Part shown: piece after piece, positions 1-10,719 of the stretch
Numbering within the stretch: position 1 is the first letter of the stretch
Layout: each line of letters opens with the position of its first letter
Assembly (NCBI GenBank): GCA_046291735.1
Contig: JBKBSK010000001.1
Span: 128,054 to 192,053, forward strand
Source: Candidatus Thermochlorobacter sp.
Lineage (GTDB): Bacteria; Bacteroidota; Chlorobiia; Chlorobiales; Thermochlorobacteraceae
Direction: 5' to 3'
Length of the DNA stretch: 64,000 nt
Notes under the pieces: generated by a model
Database searches by the model: none
What the model saw: the letters and a program-made list of their open reading frames with translations, nothing else
Told to the model about the DNA's origin: nothing
Position numbers and translations under genes: made by a program

Positions 1-410
1 AATCTATCCGCGAGTTTATCAAAAGCTATAACGAAGAGGCGCAAACCACCATTTTGCTCACTAGTCATTACATGCAAGATATTGAGACACTCTGCAAGCG
101 CGTTCTCATTATTGATTCGGGTAAAATTTTTTTTGATGGTGAGTTAGCGGCAATTATTGAGCAGTTTTCATCTGAGAAACTGCTCTCACTTGAGTTTTCT
201 TCACCGGTTGAGCGCGCGCATCTTGAACGATTCGGTCAACTTGAAACCTACTCACCGCTTTTTGCTAAATTGCGTGTGCCGCGTCAAGCTATCTCCAAAA
301 GTTCCGCTGAAATTTTGTCGTCGCTTCCTGTTACGGACTTGAACATTGAGGAAATTCCAATCGAGGATATCATCCGCGCCATTTTTGCACCTAAAACCAT
401 ATCGCAGTAG
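1..410 (+). CDS. ABC transporter ATP-binding protein, C-terminal part (5' end lies outside the window)
   Basis: The frame of ORF 54..410 stays open back to nt 3 (IREFIKSYNEEAQTTILLTSHYMQDIETLCKRVLIIDSGKI). This is the D-loop/H-loop (LTSH) region typical of ABC ATPases. Confidence 0.8.
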   Translation, partial: SIREFIKSYNEEAQTTILLTSHYMQDIETLCKRVLIIDSGKIFFDGELAAIIEQFSSEKLLSLEFSSPVERAHLERFGQLETYSPLFAKLRVPRQAISKSSAEILSSLPVTDLNIEEIPIEDIIRAIFAPKTISQ

Positions 411-492
411 CACAAACTGGACTTGGAAACGAATCACATAAAAAAATCATTTAACAGCAAAAACTACGCAAGCTCATAGAGAGAAACTGAGT

Positions 493-1677
493 TTGCGAAA
501 ACTCATCGCACTCTACGCTATGCAAATCTCGTCTTCTTTGAAGCATGATGTCTGGCACGACCTCACTGAATCTGGCTCTTACGAATGGTGGTATTTTGAC
601 GCCCTTGATGAGAGTCAAGATTGCTCTTTTGTAGCAATCTGGTATTCGGGCTTTCCATTCTCGCCATACTACCTGCAGCAGTATTTCAAAGCGCAGCGCT
701 CTGGTCGTTCTCGCTCTGCTAATCCACTTGAGCATGTTGCATTTAGCTTCAACTTCTATGAGCATGGTCGAGAAGTAATCAATTTCATCAAAGAAGGTGA
801 TGCGCCGCTATTTTCAGCCTCGCGCAATGAGCCTTATGCGCGTTTCGAGCGCAACGAATTTCGCTTTGATGAATCGCGCCAGACCTATGTACTTAGCCTT
901 GATTTTGAGATGCCTTCACGCCACAAAAAAGTGCGTGCAAAACTCTACTTCAAGGTGCGGCCACTTCAGGGCAACAAACAACTCTCGCGCTATTCTTCTA
1001 GCATGCACATTCATTCTTGGGTGCTGGCATCGCCTTCAAATGATGTGAGCGGTGAAATTGAAATTCATGATGGCGATCAGTGGCGCACCCTTCGCTTCAA
1101 TGGCAGAGGCTACCATGACCATAACTACGGTCGCGCCCCAATGAACGCTGACATCAAACATTGGTACTGGGGCAGGGCACACTCTAACGATCTTGACCTC
1201 GTTTATTACATTACCACTTACAAACACGCACAACAAGAACCATTTAGTTTTCTTTTGCTCACGCAAGGCGATCGTGTTATCAACGTCGCCAATAATCTCA
1301 AAACCCTTGAGCACGAACAAGGCAAAAATCTCTTTTCGCCTTCTTACGGGAAACGATTTTCGCTGATAAACTCACGCATCGTCTTTCACATTGAGCATCT
1401 GAAAGCTTTAGACGCTGGACCATTTTACCTGCGCTTCCATTCCAAGTTTAGCCTTATGCGCGAGGATGGCTCTTCGGTGGAAATGACAGGCATCTCAGAA
1501 TCTTTGCATCCACAGAGTCTCAACTCAAGCGTTGTGCGGCACTTAATTAAAAGCAAAATTTGGCGCGAAGGCAAACGCTCCATGATGTACACGCTCTATA
1601 ATTTTTTTGCTCAACTCGTTGATTTCGGAACGAAAAAAATTGGACCTGTTGTTGCTCAGACGATTGCGGAAAAGTAG
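493..1677 (+). CDS. CrtC-like carotenoid 1,2-hydratase (hydroxyneurosporene synthase family) candidate
   Basis: The N-terminal SGSYEWWYFDAL motif and the ~390-aa size recall the CrtC family. Position 493 is a TTG; the first ATG is at 520. Assignment is from motif memory only. Confidence 0.45.
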   Translation: MRKLIALYAMQISSSLKHDVWHDLTESGSYEWWYFDALDESQDCSFVAIWYSGFPFSPYYLQQYFKAQRSGRSRSANPLEHVAFSFNFYEHGREVINFIKEGDAPLFSASRNEPYARFERNEFRFDESRQTYVLSLDFEMPSRHKKVRAKLYFKVRPLQGNKQLSRYSSSMHIHSWVLASPSNDVSGEIEIHDGDQWRTLRFNGRGYHDHNYGRAPMNADIKHWYWGRAHSNDLDLVYYITTYKHAQQEPFSFLLLTQGDRVINVANNLKTLEHEQGKNLFSPSYGKRFSLINSRIVFHIEHLKALDAGPFYLRFHSKFSLMREDGSSVEMTGISESLHPQSLNSSVVRHLIKSKIWREGKRSMMYTLYNFFAQLVDFGTKKIGPVVAQTIAEK

Positions 1678-1779
1678 AACCATTCATTATTTTTGGCGCT
1701 CAGCAATCCACATGCTTAGGAGAACTGCTCTTAGCATAATCCTATGCATCCAACAACAACTTTAAGGAGACTCCAAATT

Positions 1780-2331
1780 ATGGCGCAAATTGTTAGAGGC
1801 GAGTACGATCGTTCAAAGCGTCTCGCTGTCATCTCTGAGACCGATCAAGAACGCCGTGAAGCCGTTGAGAAAGCTCAGAAAGCTGTCCAAGAAGGTGAAG
1901 CGGCAATGGGCACAGGTCGACGCAACGTGCTCAACATCATTGTTGGTACGCTTGGTGCTGCCTTTGTCTTGCCCGTTCTCTATGTTGTCGGACGCTTCGT
2001 TATTCCGCCCGAGAAGAAAAAGAAAGAGGAAACGTCTGTTGTTGTTGCCAAAACATCGGATGTTCCACCAAACTCTGGCAAAATCGTGCTCTTCAATGGG
2101 CAGAAATTGCTGCTTACGAATGTCAATGGCGAATACAGAGCTATTTCTGCTATCTGCACACATTTACAGTGCATTGTGCAGTGGAAAAAAGACGAGCAAT
2201 TGGTGTGGTGCGCTTGCCACAACGCCAAATACACGGTCGATGGCGAGAAAATCTCAGGTCCTCAGCCTACAGGTCTCGCCAAGTATGTCGTCAAAGTTAA
2301 AGATGATAACATTGTTGTAGAAAAAGCATAA
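1780..2331 (+). CDS. petC: Rieske 2Fe-2S subunit of the cytochrome b/Rieske complex
   Basis: Box I is CTHLQC and box II is CACHNAKY. There is a Tat-like GRRNVLN motif followed by a TM helix. AAGGAG (1764..1769) lies upstream of the ATG at 1780. The gene sits immediately upstream of cytochrome b. Confidence 0.85.
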   Translation: MAQIVRGEYDRSKRLAVISETDQERREAVEKAQKAVQEGEAAMGTGRRNVLNIIVGTLGAAFVLPVLYVVGRFVIPPEKKKKEETSVVVAKTSDVPPNSGKIVLFNGQKLLLTNVNGEYRAISAICTHLQCIVQWKKDEQLVWCACHNAKYTVDGEKISGPQPTGLAKYVVKVKDDNIVVEKA

Positions 2332-2366
2332 CCCATAACCTATTTTGAAAGGAGTATTTTAGCATT

Positions 2367-3581
2367 ATGGCAGATCTTGTTCAAACCAAGAGCGCTGCAG
2401 CGCCAACTGGTGAGGCGTCAGCGAGCAACGGCACCGCCGAAAAATTCAATCTTCAAGATTGGATTAACGTCCGCCTTGGCTCAATGACCTATGCCATTGA
2501 TTACCTCAGCAAAAAGACCGTACCGATCCATCGCCAATCCATTTGGTACTACTTCGGCGGTCTTACCCTGTTCTTTTTTGTCATTCAAATCATCACCGGC
2601 TTGCTGCTGCTGCTCTACTACAAACCCACAGAAAAAGAAGCCTTTGACTCTTTTGTCTATATCCAAAAGGAAGTCGCTTTCGGCTGGCTTATTCGCCAAG
2701 TGCACAGCTGGTCAGCCAACCTCATGACCCTGATGATGTTCATCCACATGTTCAGTGCCTACTTCATGAAAGCCTACCGTAAGCCACGCGAACTGATGTG
2801 GCTTACAGGCTTTGTGCTTTGCTTGCTGACACTTGGACTAGGCTTCACAGGCTATCTGCTTCCATGGAATGAACTTGCCTTCTTTGCCACACAGATTGGC
2901 ATTTCAATCCCCGGCTCAATTGGCGGTATGCCCTTGATTGGCGACCTCATTGGACCACCGATTATTGAAGCCACTGCTAAAATTCTTGGCGCTGATATCT
3001 TGATGATTGATGGCAAACCTGTACCACAAGTTACAGGTGAGACGCTCACGCGCATGTTTGGCTTCCATGTCGTCTTACTTCCGGGCATCACCCTGCTGGT
3101 GCTTTCCGCACACTTGCTTCTGATGCAAACCCTCGGCAACTCCGTGCCGATTGGCTATCGTGAGCGCGGTCTTCTCAAAGGTGAAGAGCCCTTCTTCCCG
3201 AATTTCTTGATGAAAGACTTCATTGGCTGGATGATTGGCTTTGCTGTACTCATCTTCCTTGCGGTCATGTTCCCTTGGGAAATCGGTGTCAAACTCGACC
3301 CCGTTAACTCCGCGCCAAGCCCTGAAATTAAGCCTGAATGGTATTTCTGGGCACAATTCCAGTTCCTCAAGCAAGTGCCGGGCTGGGTCGCTGCGATTTT
3401 CTTAGGCGTTGCTGTGCTCGTGTGGGCGCTTGTACCCTTCCTTGATAAGAAAGCCTCGCGCGAGGAAAAGAGCCCAGCTTACACCATTTTCGGTGTCCTA
3501 ACATTGGCTTTCTTCCTCTTTGAGTCATTCCTTGTCTATTACAATTACTCGCTCACGCATAAGCACGGACCTTGGTTCTAA
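2367..3581 (+). CDS. petB: Cytochrome b (fused b6 + subunit IV type)
   Basis: The 404-aa multi-TM protein has cytochrome b haem-ligand helices ([30 protein letters not shown]). AAGGAG lies upstream of the ATG. Confidence 0.9.
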   Translation: MADLVQTKSAAAPTGEASASNGTAEKFNLQDWINVRLGSMTYAIDYLSKKTVPIHRQSIWYYFGGLTLFFFVIQIITGLLLLLYYKPTEKEAFDSFVYIQKEVAFGWLIRQVHSWSANLMTLMMFIHMFSAYFMKAYRKPRELMWLTGFVLCLLTLGLGFTGYLLPWNELAFFATQIGISIPGSIGGMPLIGDLIGPPIIEATAKILGADILMIDGKPVPQVTGETLTRMFGFHVVLLPGITLLVLSAHLLLMQTLGNSVPIGYRERGLLKGEEPFFPNFLMKDFIGWMIGFAVLIFLAVMFPWEIGVKLDPVNSAPSPEIKPEWYFWAQFQFLKQVPGWVAAIFLGVAVLVWALVPFLDKKASREEKSPAYTIFGVLTLAFFLFESFLVYYNYSLTHKHGPWF

Positions 3582-3604
3582 GGCACATTTTATGCATAGA
3601 GTTT

Positions 3605-3631
3605 GGGCGGTCTGCTAACCGCCCTTTTTTG
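3605..3631 (+). terminator. Rho-independent terminator after petB
   Basis: Stem GGGCGGT / ACCGCCC with a 6-nt loop, followed by TTTTTT. Confidence 0.7.
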
Positions 3632-3670
3632 TTTGAGTGTTGCGTGTTCACAAAACAAGATGAATCACAA

Positions 3671-3698
3671 TAAAAAAGGCAGCCATGTGTGCTGCCTT
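3671..3698 (-). terminator. Rho-independent terminator after ahcY
   Basis: Minus strand reads AAGGCAGC-acacatg-GCTGCCTT followed by TTTTTA, 25 nt past the ahcY stop. Confidence 0.65.
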
Positions 3699-3723
3699 CT
3701 GTATAGCTTGCAAAAGCATGAGT

Positions 3724-5040
3724 TTAGTAGCGATAGTGCTCCGGTTTGAATGGACCTTTTGGATCGACACCGATATAGGCAGCTTGCTCTGGTGTTAGCT
3801 CTTCAAGCTCTACGCCGAGCTTTTCAAGATGCAGCCTTGCGACCATTTCATCAAGATGCTTTGGCAACACATAGACTTTGTTCTCATACTTATCTGAATT
3901 TTGCCAGAGCTCAATTTGTGCAAGCACTTGGTTAGTGAAAGACATTGACATCACAAATGATGGATGCCCCATTGCCACGCCTAAGTTCACCAAGCGCCCT
4001 TCTGCAAGCACAATAATATCTTTGCCATCGATATTGTAAAGATCGACCTGTGGCTTGATTTGTGTCTTGGTATGTCCATAGTTTTTGTTTAGCCAAGCCA
4101 TATCGATTTCAATATCGAAGTGACCGATGTTGCAGACGACGGTTTTGTCTTTCATCAGTTTGAAGTGCTTGGCGGTTACAATATCACGATTGCCTGTTGC
4201 TGTTACAACAATATCGGCTTGCGGAATAGCGTTTTCCATCTTTTTGACTTCGTAACCATCGATAGCGGCTTGTAGCGCGCAGATAGGATCGACTTCTGTG
4301 ACAATCACGCGCACGCCTGCACTGCTTAGCGATTCAGCCGACCCTTTGCCAACATCGCCATAGCCTGCTACCACCGCTACTTTCCCTGCTAGCATCAAGT
4401 CTGTGCCACGACGAATGGCATCCACCAGCGATTCACGACAGCCGTATTTGTTGTCAAACTTTGATTTTGTAACGCTATCATTGACATTAATTGCTGGCAG
4501 TGGGAGCTTACCGTTTTTCATTCTCTCATAGAGACGATGCACGCCTGTCGTAGTCTCTTCGGAGATTCCTTTGATATTTGGGACAAGTTCGGGATACTTG
4601 TCTAAGACCATATTGGTCAGATCGCCGCCATCATCCAAAATCATATTGAGCGGTTGCCCATCGGGGAAGAAAAGCGTTTGCTCAATACACCAGTCAAATT
4701 CTTCGGCGCTCATGCCTTTCCAGGCATAAACTGGAATACCTGCGGCAGCTATTGCTGCGGCTGCGTGGTCTTGTGTTGAAAAAATGTTGCAGCTCGACCA
4801 TGTTACTTCGGCACCCAGTTCTTTGAGTGTCTCAATCAGCACAGCAGTTTGAATCGTCATATGCAGACAACCCGCAATGCGCGCACCTTTGAGCGGTTTT
4901 TTTGGACCGTATTCTTTGCGAAGTTGCATCAAACCGGGCATTTCCGCTTCTGCCAGACGAATTTCTTTGCGTCCCCATTCTGCAAGTGATATATCTTTGA
5001 CCTTGTAGGGCAATCGTTTTGTTTCAGTTGCTGTTGCCAT
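3724..5040 (-). CDS. ahcY: Adenosylhomocysteinase (SAH hydrolase)
   Basis: Full-length match in character to SAHH: NAD-binding [10 protein letters not shown] and C-terminal PEHYRY. Confidence 0.95.
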   Translation of the reverse strand: MATATETKRLPYKVKDISLAEWGRKEIRLAEAEMPGLMQLRKEYGPKKPLKGARIAGCLHMTIQTAVLIETLKELGAEVTWSSCNIFSTQDHAAAAIAAAGIPVYAWKGMSAEEFDWCIEQTLFFPDGQPLNMILDDGGDLTNMVLDKYPELVPNIKGISEETTTGVHRLYERMKNGKLPLPAINVNDSVTKSKFDNKYGCRESLVDAIRRGTDLMLAGKVAVVAGYGDVGKGSAESLSSAGVRVIVTEVDPICALQAAIDGYEVKKMENAIPQADIVVTATGNRDIVTAKHFKLMKDKTVVCNIGHFDIEIDMAWLNKNYGHTKTQIKPQVDLYNIDGKDIIVLAEGRLVNLGVAMGHPSFVMSMSFTNQVLAQIELWQNSDKYENKVYVLPKHLDEMVARLHLEKLGVELEELTPEQAAYIGVDPKGPFKPEHYRY

Positions 5041-5091
5041 CTTTCTAATTCAGTTTAGTTGTTGAAGGAAAGCAGGTTTGTTTTCAGAAGA

Positions 5092-6300
5092 TTATTTGAA
5101 TGCACGCTGCAAGTCTTTCACCTTGTCTAATTTTTCCCAAGGGAACATCTCACGCCCGAAGTGACCGTAAGCCGCGGTGTCTTGATAGCGCCAACCTTTG
5201 GGTTTATGCAGGCTAAAGCGCTCAATGATTGCTAACGGACGCAAGTCGAAAATCTTCTCGACTTTTTCTTGCAGTTCCCCATCGCTGATGTCACTTAGAC
5301 CCGTGCTGTGCGTATTGACATAAATAGATACAGGTCGTGCTACACCAATAGCGTAGGAGACTTGAATGGTGCACTTCTCTGCCAATCCTGCCGCCACGAT
5401 ATTTTTGGCGATGTGTCGCGCAGCGTAAGCAGCACTACGGTCTACTTTTGTTGGGTCTTTACCACTAAAGGCGCCGCCACCGTGTGGTGCAGCACCACCG
5501 TAGGTATCGACGATGATTTTTCTGCCCGTCAGACCTGTATCGCCATGCGGACCGCCGATTTCAAATTTTCCTGTGGGATTGACGAAGAACTTGGTGTTTT
5601 TATCTATTAACTCTTTTGGAATGACTTTGTTGATAGCGCATGCAATGACATCCTCTTTGATTTTGGCTTGCCATTGCTTGTCTGTCATTCCATTTGGTTT
5701 AGGATCGTGCTGCGTAGAGACCACAATGGTATCAACACGCACCACATTATTGCCATCATACTCAAGCGTCACTTGGCTCTTTGCATCAGGACGCAGGTAA
5801 GTCATCTCCTTGCCCTCTTTGCGAATATCTGCCAAACGCTTAACTAAGCGATGCGCAAACATAATCGGTGCCGGCATTAGTTCAGGGGTTTCCTTGCAGG
5901 CATAGCCAAACATCATGCCTTGGTCGCCTGCACCAATACTATCGAGCCGATCTTTATATTTTTCATACTTGTGTCTATCCACCCCCATATTGATATCTGG
6001 TGACTGGGCATGAATCGCAGAGAGAATTCCACAGGACCTTGCTTCAAACATATACTCACCTTTTGTATAGCCAATTTCTTCAATCACCTTGCGCACCAAA
6101 TCGGGCACTTCCACATACGCTTTCGTGGTTACTTCACCACCCACAATCACCTGCCCTGTGGTAACAAAGGTCTCACAAGCCACACGCGACTGGCTATCTT
6201 GCGCTAAAAACGCATCCAAGAGCGCATCGGAAATCTGGTCTGCCACTTTGTCGGGATGACCCGCTGAGACGGACTCTGATGTAAAAAGGTATTTTGCCAT
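5092..6300 (-). CDS. metK: S-adenosylmethionine synthetase
   Basis: [24 protein letters not shown] and [19 protein letters not shown] motifs. Confidence 0.95.
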   Translation of the reverse strand: MAKYLFTSESVSAGHPDKVADQISDALLDAFLAQDSQSRVACETFVTTGQVIVGGEVTTKAYVEVPDLVRKVIEEIGYTKGEYMFEARSCGILSAIHAQSPDINMGVDRHKYEKYKDRLDSIGAGDQGMMFGYACKETPELMPAPIMFAHRLVKRLADIRKEGKEMTYLRPDAKSQVTLEYDGNNVVRVDTIVVSTQHDPKPNGMTDKQWQAKIKEDVIACAINKVIPKELIDKNTKFFVNPTGKFEIGGPHGDTGLTGRKIIVDTYGGAAPHGGGAFSGKDPTKVDRSAAYAARHIAKNIVAAGLAEKCTIQVSYAIGVARPVSIYVNTHSTGLSDISDGELQEKVEKIFDLRPLAIIERFSLHKPKGWRYQDTAAYGHFGREMFPWEKLDKVKDLQRAFK

Positions 6301-6338
6301 TGATGTACGCAGTTTGCTGGTTTGCTTGAGTTACACGC

Positions 6339-6483
6339 AAAAAAATCTTTATCGCTTCTGCAGCGAAGCCAAGCGAGGTTCACGCGCATGCAGGTCTTGG
6401 AACGGACACGGATTGTCATCGCGGGAACTGCATGCACTTGGCTTGCAGTCTCGACACCGTGTCCATAGATAATGGGATGTCGA
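6339..6483 (-). promoter_or_regulatory. Structured 5' leader RNA of metK-ahcY (copy 1 of a motif shared with the metH leader)
   Basis: Helix TCGACA/TGTCGA encloses the loop CCATTAtcTATGGACACGG. The loop GGACACGG is complementary to CCGTGTCC 45 nt downstream. There is an inner hairpin ACTGCA/TGCAGT and a U7 tract at 6345..6339. Confidence 0.5.
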
Positions 6484-6494
6484 AAGCGTTAATA

Positions 6495-6523
6495 AATATA
6501 CGACAGCGTGTTTTTTTTCGCAA
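6495..6523 (-). promoter_or_regulatory. Sigma70-type promoter for the metK leader
   Basis: Minus strand reads TTGCGA, a 17-nt spacer, then TATATT. It lies about 190 nt upstream of the metK ATG. Confidence 0.45.
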
Positions 6524-6581
6524 AAGTAAAGACTTGATTCGTGTGCGACTTACAGCCTATTCTTCTTGCCTTTTGATGGCT

Positions 6582-7460
6582 TTATTCGCTTTGCAGGGCA
6601 TTTGCGCCACTGACAATTTCAATAATTTCTTTGGTAATCGCCGCTTGACGCACCCGATTGTATGTGATACCTAAAACCCGAATTAGTTCTTTGGCGTTAT
6701 TGGAAGCAGCATCCATTGCAGTCATACGTGCCGCTTGCTCTGCAGCATTGGATTCAAGTAGCATTCGCCAAATTTGATTGGCTAAATACAACGGCAAGAG
6801 TTGCGCAATGATAGACGCCGGGTCTGGCTCAAAGATATAATCACCAACAATTTTGTTTTGCGCTTTCGGCGGTTCAATCGGCAAGAAAATTTCTTTACGC
6901 AAGTTCGGCGAAAGCACCGTCTTAAATTCGTTGTAGATTAGTAAGACTCGATCCACCTCACCCTTAGCATAAAGCTCCGTGGCTTTGTCTGCAATCGCTT
7001 TTGCGGTCTCAAACTCTAACTTTTGAAAGACGCCCGGGAAGCGCTCGACAATCGGATAGCTTTGCTTGGCAAAGTAATCTACGCTGCGCCGACCTACAGG
7101 CAGCACAAGCAAGTTGTTTTTTTCTGTCCAATCTTTGTATTCGCCATTGAAGGTTTCGCGCGCCAGTTTAAGAATATTTGTATTGAATGCGCCACACAGT
7201 CCCCTATCAGCGGCAACCACAATTGCCAGCACTTTTTTGATATTCTTGCGTGGCGTAAGCAATGCAAATTCACTGGTATCGATTTTCTCAATAACAGATG
7301 CCAAGATTTTTTTCAAGGCATTGGTGTAAGGGCGTGCGGCTATTGCACGGTCTTGTGAGCGGCGCAACTTAGCTGCAGCCACCATTTTCATGGCTTTGGT
7401 TACCTGCTGCGTATTCTTGACGCCCTTGATGCGTGTGCGAAGTTCTCTTAGTGTTGCCAT
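6582..7460 (-). CDS. atpG: ATP synthase F1 gamma subunit
   Basis: MATLRELRTRIKGVKNTQQVTKAMKMVAAAKLRR is a canonical gamma N-terminus. The ORF-track extension to 7586 overlaps atpA and was trimmed. Confidence 0.9.
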   Translation of the reverse strand: MATLRELRTRIKGVKNTQQVTKAMKMVAAAKLRRSQDRAIAARPYTNALKKILASVIEKIDTSEFALLTPRKNIKKVLAIVVAADRGLCGAFNTNILKLARETFNGEYKDWTEKNNLLVLPVGRRSVDYFAKQSYPIVERFPGVFQKLEFETAKAIADKATELYAKGEVDRVLLIYNEFKTVLSPNLRKEIFLPIEPPKAQNKIVGDYIFEPDPASIIAQLLPLYLANQIWRMLLESNAAEQAARMTAMDAASNNAKELIRVLGITYNRVRQAAITKEIIEIVSGANALQSE

Positions 7461-7536
7461 TGTGGATATAAGTTGATAGTACGCGCCAGTCGCATTTCGC
7501 CTTATCCTGCGCTGCCGCTCGTGCTTTTCCCTTAAC

Positions 7537-9153
7537 TTAATTGGTTTTGTTTTTTGCCTTGAAGACTTCCACGTAGTTCTTTGCAAGCTCTTTGAGTTGC
7601 TTAGTTACTTCGTCCGTCATTTCCTTTTTCTCTGCAATAGACTTCAAAATTTCAGGATTTTTATCGCGCAGACTTTGCAAGAATTCTGCTTCGAACTTGC
7701 GCACCTGATTGATTGGCAGCGTATCAAGAAAACCATTTGTGCCGATGAAGATAGAGACAACTTGCTCTTCGACAGGCACTGGGGCATACTGTCCTTGCTT
7801 TAAGATTTCGACTAAGCGTGCCCCGCGCGTCAGTTGCGCCTGTGTTGCTTTGTCAAGGTCAGAGCCAAATTTGGCGAAGGCTTCCAAGGAGCGGTACTGC
7901 GCAAGGTCTAAACGCAGCGTACCTGAAATTTTCTTCATCGCTTTGATTTGCGCGTTACCACCGACGCGTGAGACCGAAATACCAACGTTGATGGCAGGAC
8001 GCACACCGGCATTGAAGAGATTGGACTCGAGATAAATCTGCCCATCTGTAATAGAAATTACGTTGGTCGGAATGTAGGCTGAGACATCACCGGCTTGCGT
8101 TTCAATCACAGGCAATGCCGTCAGCGAGCCGCCGCCTTTGACCATAGGCTTAATTTGTTCGGGCAAATCGTTCATTGCGCGTGCAATCTCATCATTGCGG
8201 TTAATTTTTGCGGCGCGCTCTAAAAGCCGTGAGTGCAAGTAAAACACATCTCCGGGATAGGCTTCTCGTCCCGGCGGGCGACGCAAGAGCAACGACACCT
8301 GTCGATACGCCACCGCTTGCTTTGAGAGATCATCATAAATCACCAGAGCGTGCCGTCCTGTATCTCTGAAAAATTCTCCGAGTGCTGCACCTGCAAAGGG
8401 CGCAATAAACTGCATTGGCGCAGGGTCAGAAGCTGTTGCAGAAATGACCGTCGTGTATTCCATTGCACCATACTTTTCCAGCGTGCCGACAACTTGCGCA
8501 ACCGATGAACCTTTTTGACCGACCGCCACATAAATGCAATACATGGTCTCACCTTTGCGTTCGGGCGGGAGACTGCGGTTGATGTTGGCTTGGTTGATAA
8601 TGGTGTCAATCGCCACAGCAGTTTTCCCTGTTTGTCTATCGCCGATAATCAATTCACGCTGACCGCGTCCAATCGGAATCATGGAGTCAATCGCTTTAAT
8701 GCCAGTTTGCAGCGGCTCTTTGACCGGCTCACGGTAAATGACACCGGGAGCACGACGCTCAAGCGGTAAGCGGATTTTGGTTTCAATAGGTCCCTTACCA
8801 TCAATAGGCACGCCCAGAGGATTGATGACACGTCCCAGCATGGCTTCTCCAACAGGCACCGAAGCCAGTATACCCGTGCGCTTGACCGTATCCCCTTCAC
8901 GAATTAGCTCAGAATCACCAAAAAGCACGGCACCGACATTGTCTTCTTCAAGATTTAGCACCATTCCCATCACGCCGTTAGGGAATTCAACCAGTTCACC
9001 TGCCATCACTTTTGCAAGCCCATAGATGCGTGCAATACCATCGCCCACTTGCAACACCGTACCAACTTCATAGATATCTGATTCAGCCTCGAAGCCAGAG
9101 AGCTGTTTGCGGAGAATCGCCGACACTTCGTCGGGTCTGACTGCTGTGGTCAT
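7537..9153 (-). CDS. atpA: ATP synthase F1 alpha subunit
   Basis: Walker [10 protein letters not shown] and full-length alpha-subunit character. Confidence 0.95.
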   Translation of the reverse strand: MTTAVRPDEVSAILRKQLSGFEAESDIYEVGTVLQVGDGIARIYGLAKVMAGELVEFPNGVMGMVLNLEEDNVGAVLFGDSELIREGDTVKRTGILASVPVGEAMLGRVINPLGVPIDGKGPIETKIRLPLERRAPGVIYREPVKEPLQTGIKAIDSMIPIGRGQRELIIGDRQTGKTAVAIDTIINQANINRSLPPERKGETMYCIYVAVGQKGSSVAQVVGTLEKYGAMEYTTVISATASDPAPMQFIAPFAGAALGEFFRDTGRHALVIYDDLSKQAVAYRQVSLLLRRPPGREAYPGDVFYLHSRLLERAAKINRNDEIARAMNDLPEQIKPMVKGGGSLTALPVIETQAGDVSAYIPTNVISITDGQIYLESNLFNAGVRPAINVGISVSRVGGNAQIKAMKKISGTLRLDLAQYRSLEAFAKFGSDLDKATQAQLTRGARLVEILKQGQYAPVPVEEQVVSIFIGTNGFLDTLPINQVRKFEAEFLQSLRDKNPEILKSIAEKKEMTDEVTKQLKELAKNYVEVFKAKNKTN

Positions 9154-9382
9154 TGAGGTAAATTGTTTAGAGAGTTGATTTAAGCAAAGAAACTGTGCAA
9201 ATTAGCAAAAATCAAAATAGCCACCCTTTGCGTTTGCACGTTGAGTTGCATTTGAATTTTACAAAATGCAAAGTTATGAAAATTTTTGCGACGCAAAAAA
9301 CACCGATGATGCGTTAGTTGCTTCCTGACTTACGCTGCAGAATTTTCTCAAAACCATCATGCTCGAGTAACCTGCACTCTCT

Positions 9383-10585
9383 ATGCGTCATCTTAGTTTG
9401 CTGTTTCGCAAAAAAGAGCGTTTTGCAATTGGCGTGCTTTCAGGAACATCAGTTGACGGCATTGATGTCGGCTATGTGCATCTCATGGGCTATGGCGTGC
9501 GTACCAAGATTGAACTACTCGCCTTTCAAACCTATCCCATCGATGCCGCTTTACGTCGTGCTATTCTACGCAACTTTGCGCCAGACTCAGCTTGCTTACC
9601 TGAACTTTCTGCGTTAAACTTTCTGATTGGGGAGAAGTTTGCGGACGCCATTCTCTCGTTCAAGACCTCGTTCAAAGTTAAGCAGTTAGATTTTATTGCC
9701 TCACACGGTCAAACGTTTTGGCATCAGCCGGAGCCTTTTCGGATTGGCAAGTATAAAGTTCGCTCTACACTTCAGCTTGGTGAAAGCGCCGTGATTGCCA
9801 ATCGCGTTGGCGTACCTGTCGTCTCTGACTTTCGCGTCTCCGATGTAGCTATGGGCGGTCAAGGCGCACCGCTTGCACCATACTTGGATTGGCTACTTTT
9901 TCGGCATCGACAGCGCTCACGGCTCTTCATCAACATCGGTGGTATCAGCAACCTGACAGCGCTTAAAGCAAATGGTCAGCGTTCTGACATCATCTACTTC
10001 GACTGCGGCGCAGGCAACGCGCTCATAGATATGGCTGCACAGCACTTTTTTCACAAGCCTTTTGACAAAGATGGCAAATTTGCGGCGCGGGGAACTCCCT
10101 CGCCAGCATTGCTCAACATGTGGCTTCGTGAGCCCTACTACCAACGCAAGCCGCCGAAGTCGACAGGGCGAGAGCTTTTTAGTCAAGACTATTTCAACCG
10201 ACTTCTCGAGCAGGGCAAAGCCTTGCATTTGAGCCCCTACGACATCATTGCCACGCTGACCGCCCTTACAGCCGAGAGCCTTGCTATGCAACTGCGAAAA
10301 TTTGTGCTGCCAAAGTTCCCTATCGACGAAGCATTTGTCGCTGGTGGCGGTGCTGAAAACCCTACGCTGATGCGCCATTTGCAAAGCGCACTTGCACCAA
10401 TTCCTGTGTATCGGCAAAGCGCGCTCGATAGCCATGCCATCCCCGCAAAAGCCAAAGAAGCAGTACTTTTCGCTGTGCTCGGTAATGACTTTCTCTCAGA
10501 GCAAAGTGCCTCGCTTTCCACGCCTGCAATTTTAGGCAAACTCTCTTTACCTGCTACTACATCTGTAAGTTCAAAGTCGCACTGA
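9383..10585 (+). CDS. anmK: Anhydro-N-acetylmuramic acid kinase
   Basis: N-terminal GVLSGTSVDGIDV motif and ~400-aa size typical of AnmK. Confidence 0.85.
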   Translation: MRHLSLLFRKKERFAIGVLSGTSVDGIDVGYVHLMGYGVRTKIELLAFQTYPIDAALRRAILRNFAPDSACLPELSALNFLIGEKFADAILSFKTSFKVKQLDFIASHGQTFWHQPEPFRIGKYKVRSTLQLGESAVIANRVGVPVVSDFRVSDVAMGGQGAPLAPYLDWLLFRHRQRSRLFINIGGISNLTALKANGQRSDIIYFDCGAGNALIDMAAQHFFHKPFDKDGKFAARGTPSPALLNMWLREPYYQRKPPKSTGRELFSQDYFNRLLEQGKALHLSPYDIIATLTALTAESLAMQLRKFVLPKFPIDEAFVAGGGAENPTLMRHLQSALAPIPVYRQSALDSHAIPAKAKEAVLFAVLGNDFLSEQSASLSTPAILGKLSLPATTSVSSKSH

Positions 10586-10719
10586 AGCAGTACGTTTTTG
10601 AAAAACAAGCATTATTTTGATTGTACTGCATTGCGCCACATAGCGTTGCACTTTCAAACTTTTCTTTTTCTCAACTTTTTTCTTAACTATACTTAATTTT
10701 CAGTAACTTTTGAATATTT

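Noticed and set aside
6204-6674. ORFs 6204..6437 (-) and 6432..6674 (+) in the metK leader and atpG 3' region, plus ORF 50231..50497 (+) in the metH leader.
   Set aside because: They overlap the structured leader RNAs and promoters and use alternative start codons. Their composition looks non-coding. The regions are better explained as regulatory RNA.
7461-7586. N-terminal extensions suggested by the ORF track: atpG to 7586, kinase to 34880, protease to 27695, PepSY-like to 32598, REC-DHp to 60395, DUF192 to 24815, petC to 1744 and NFACT to 18123.
   Set aside because: The extensions overlap neighbouring genes or lack family-typical N-termini. Internal Met codons give canonical N-termini, signal peptides or Shine-Dalgarno sites.
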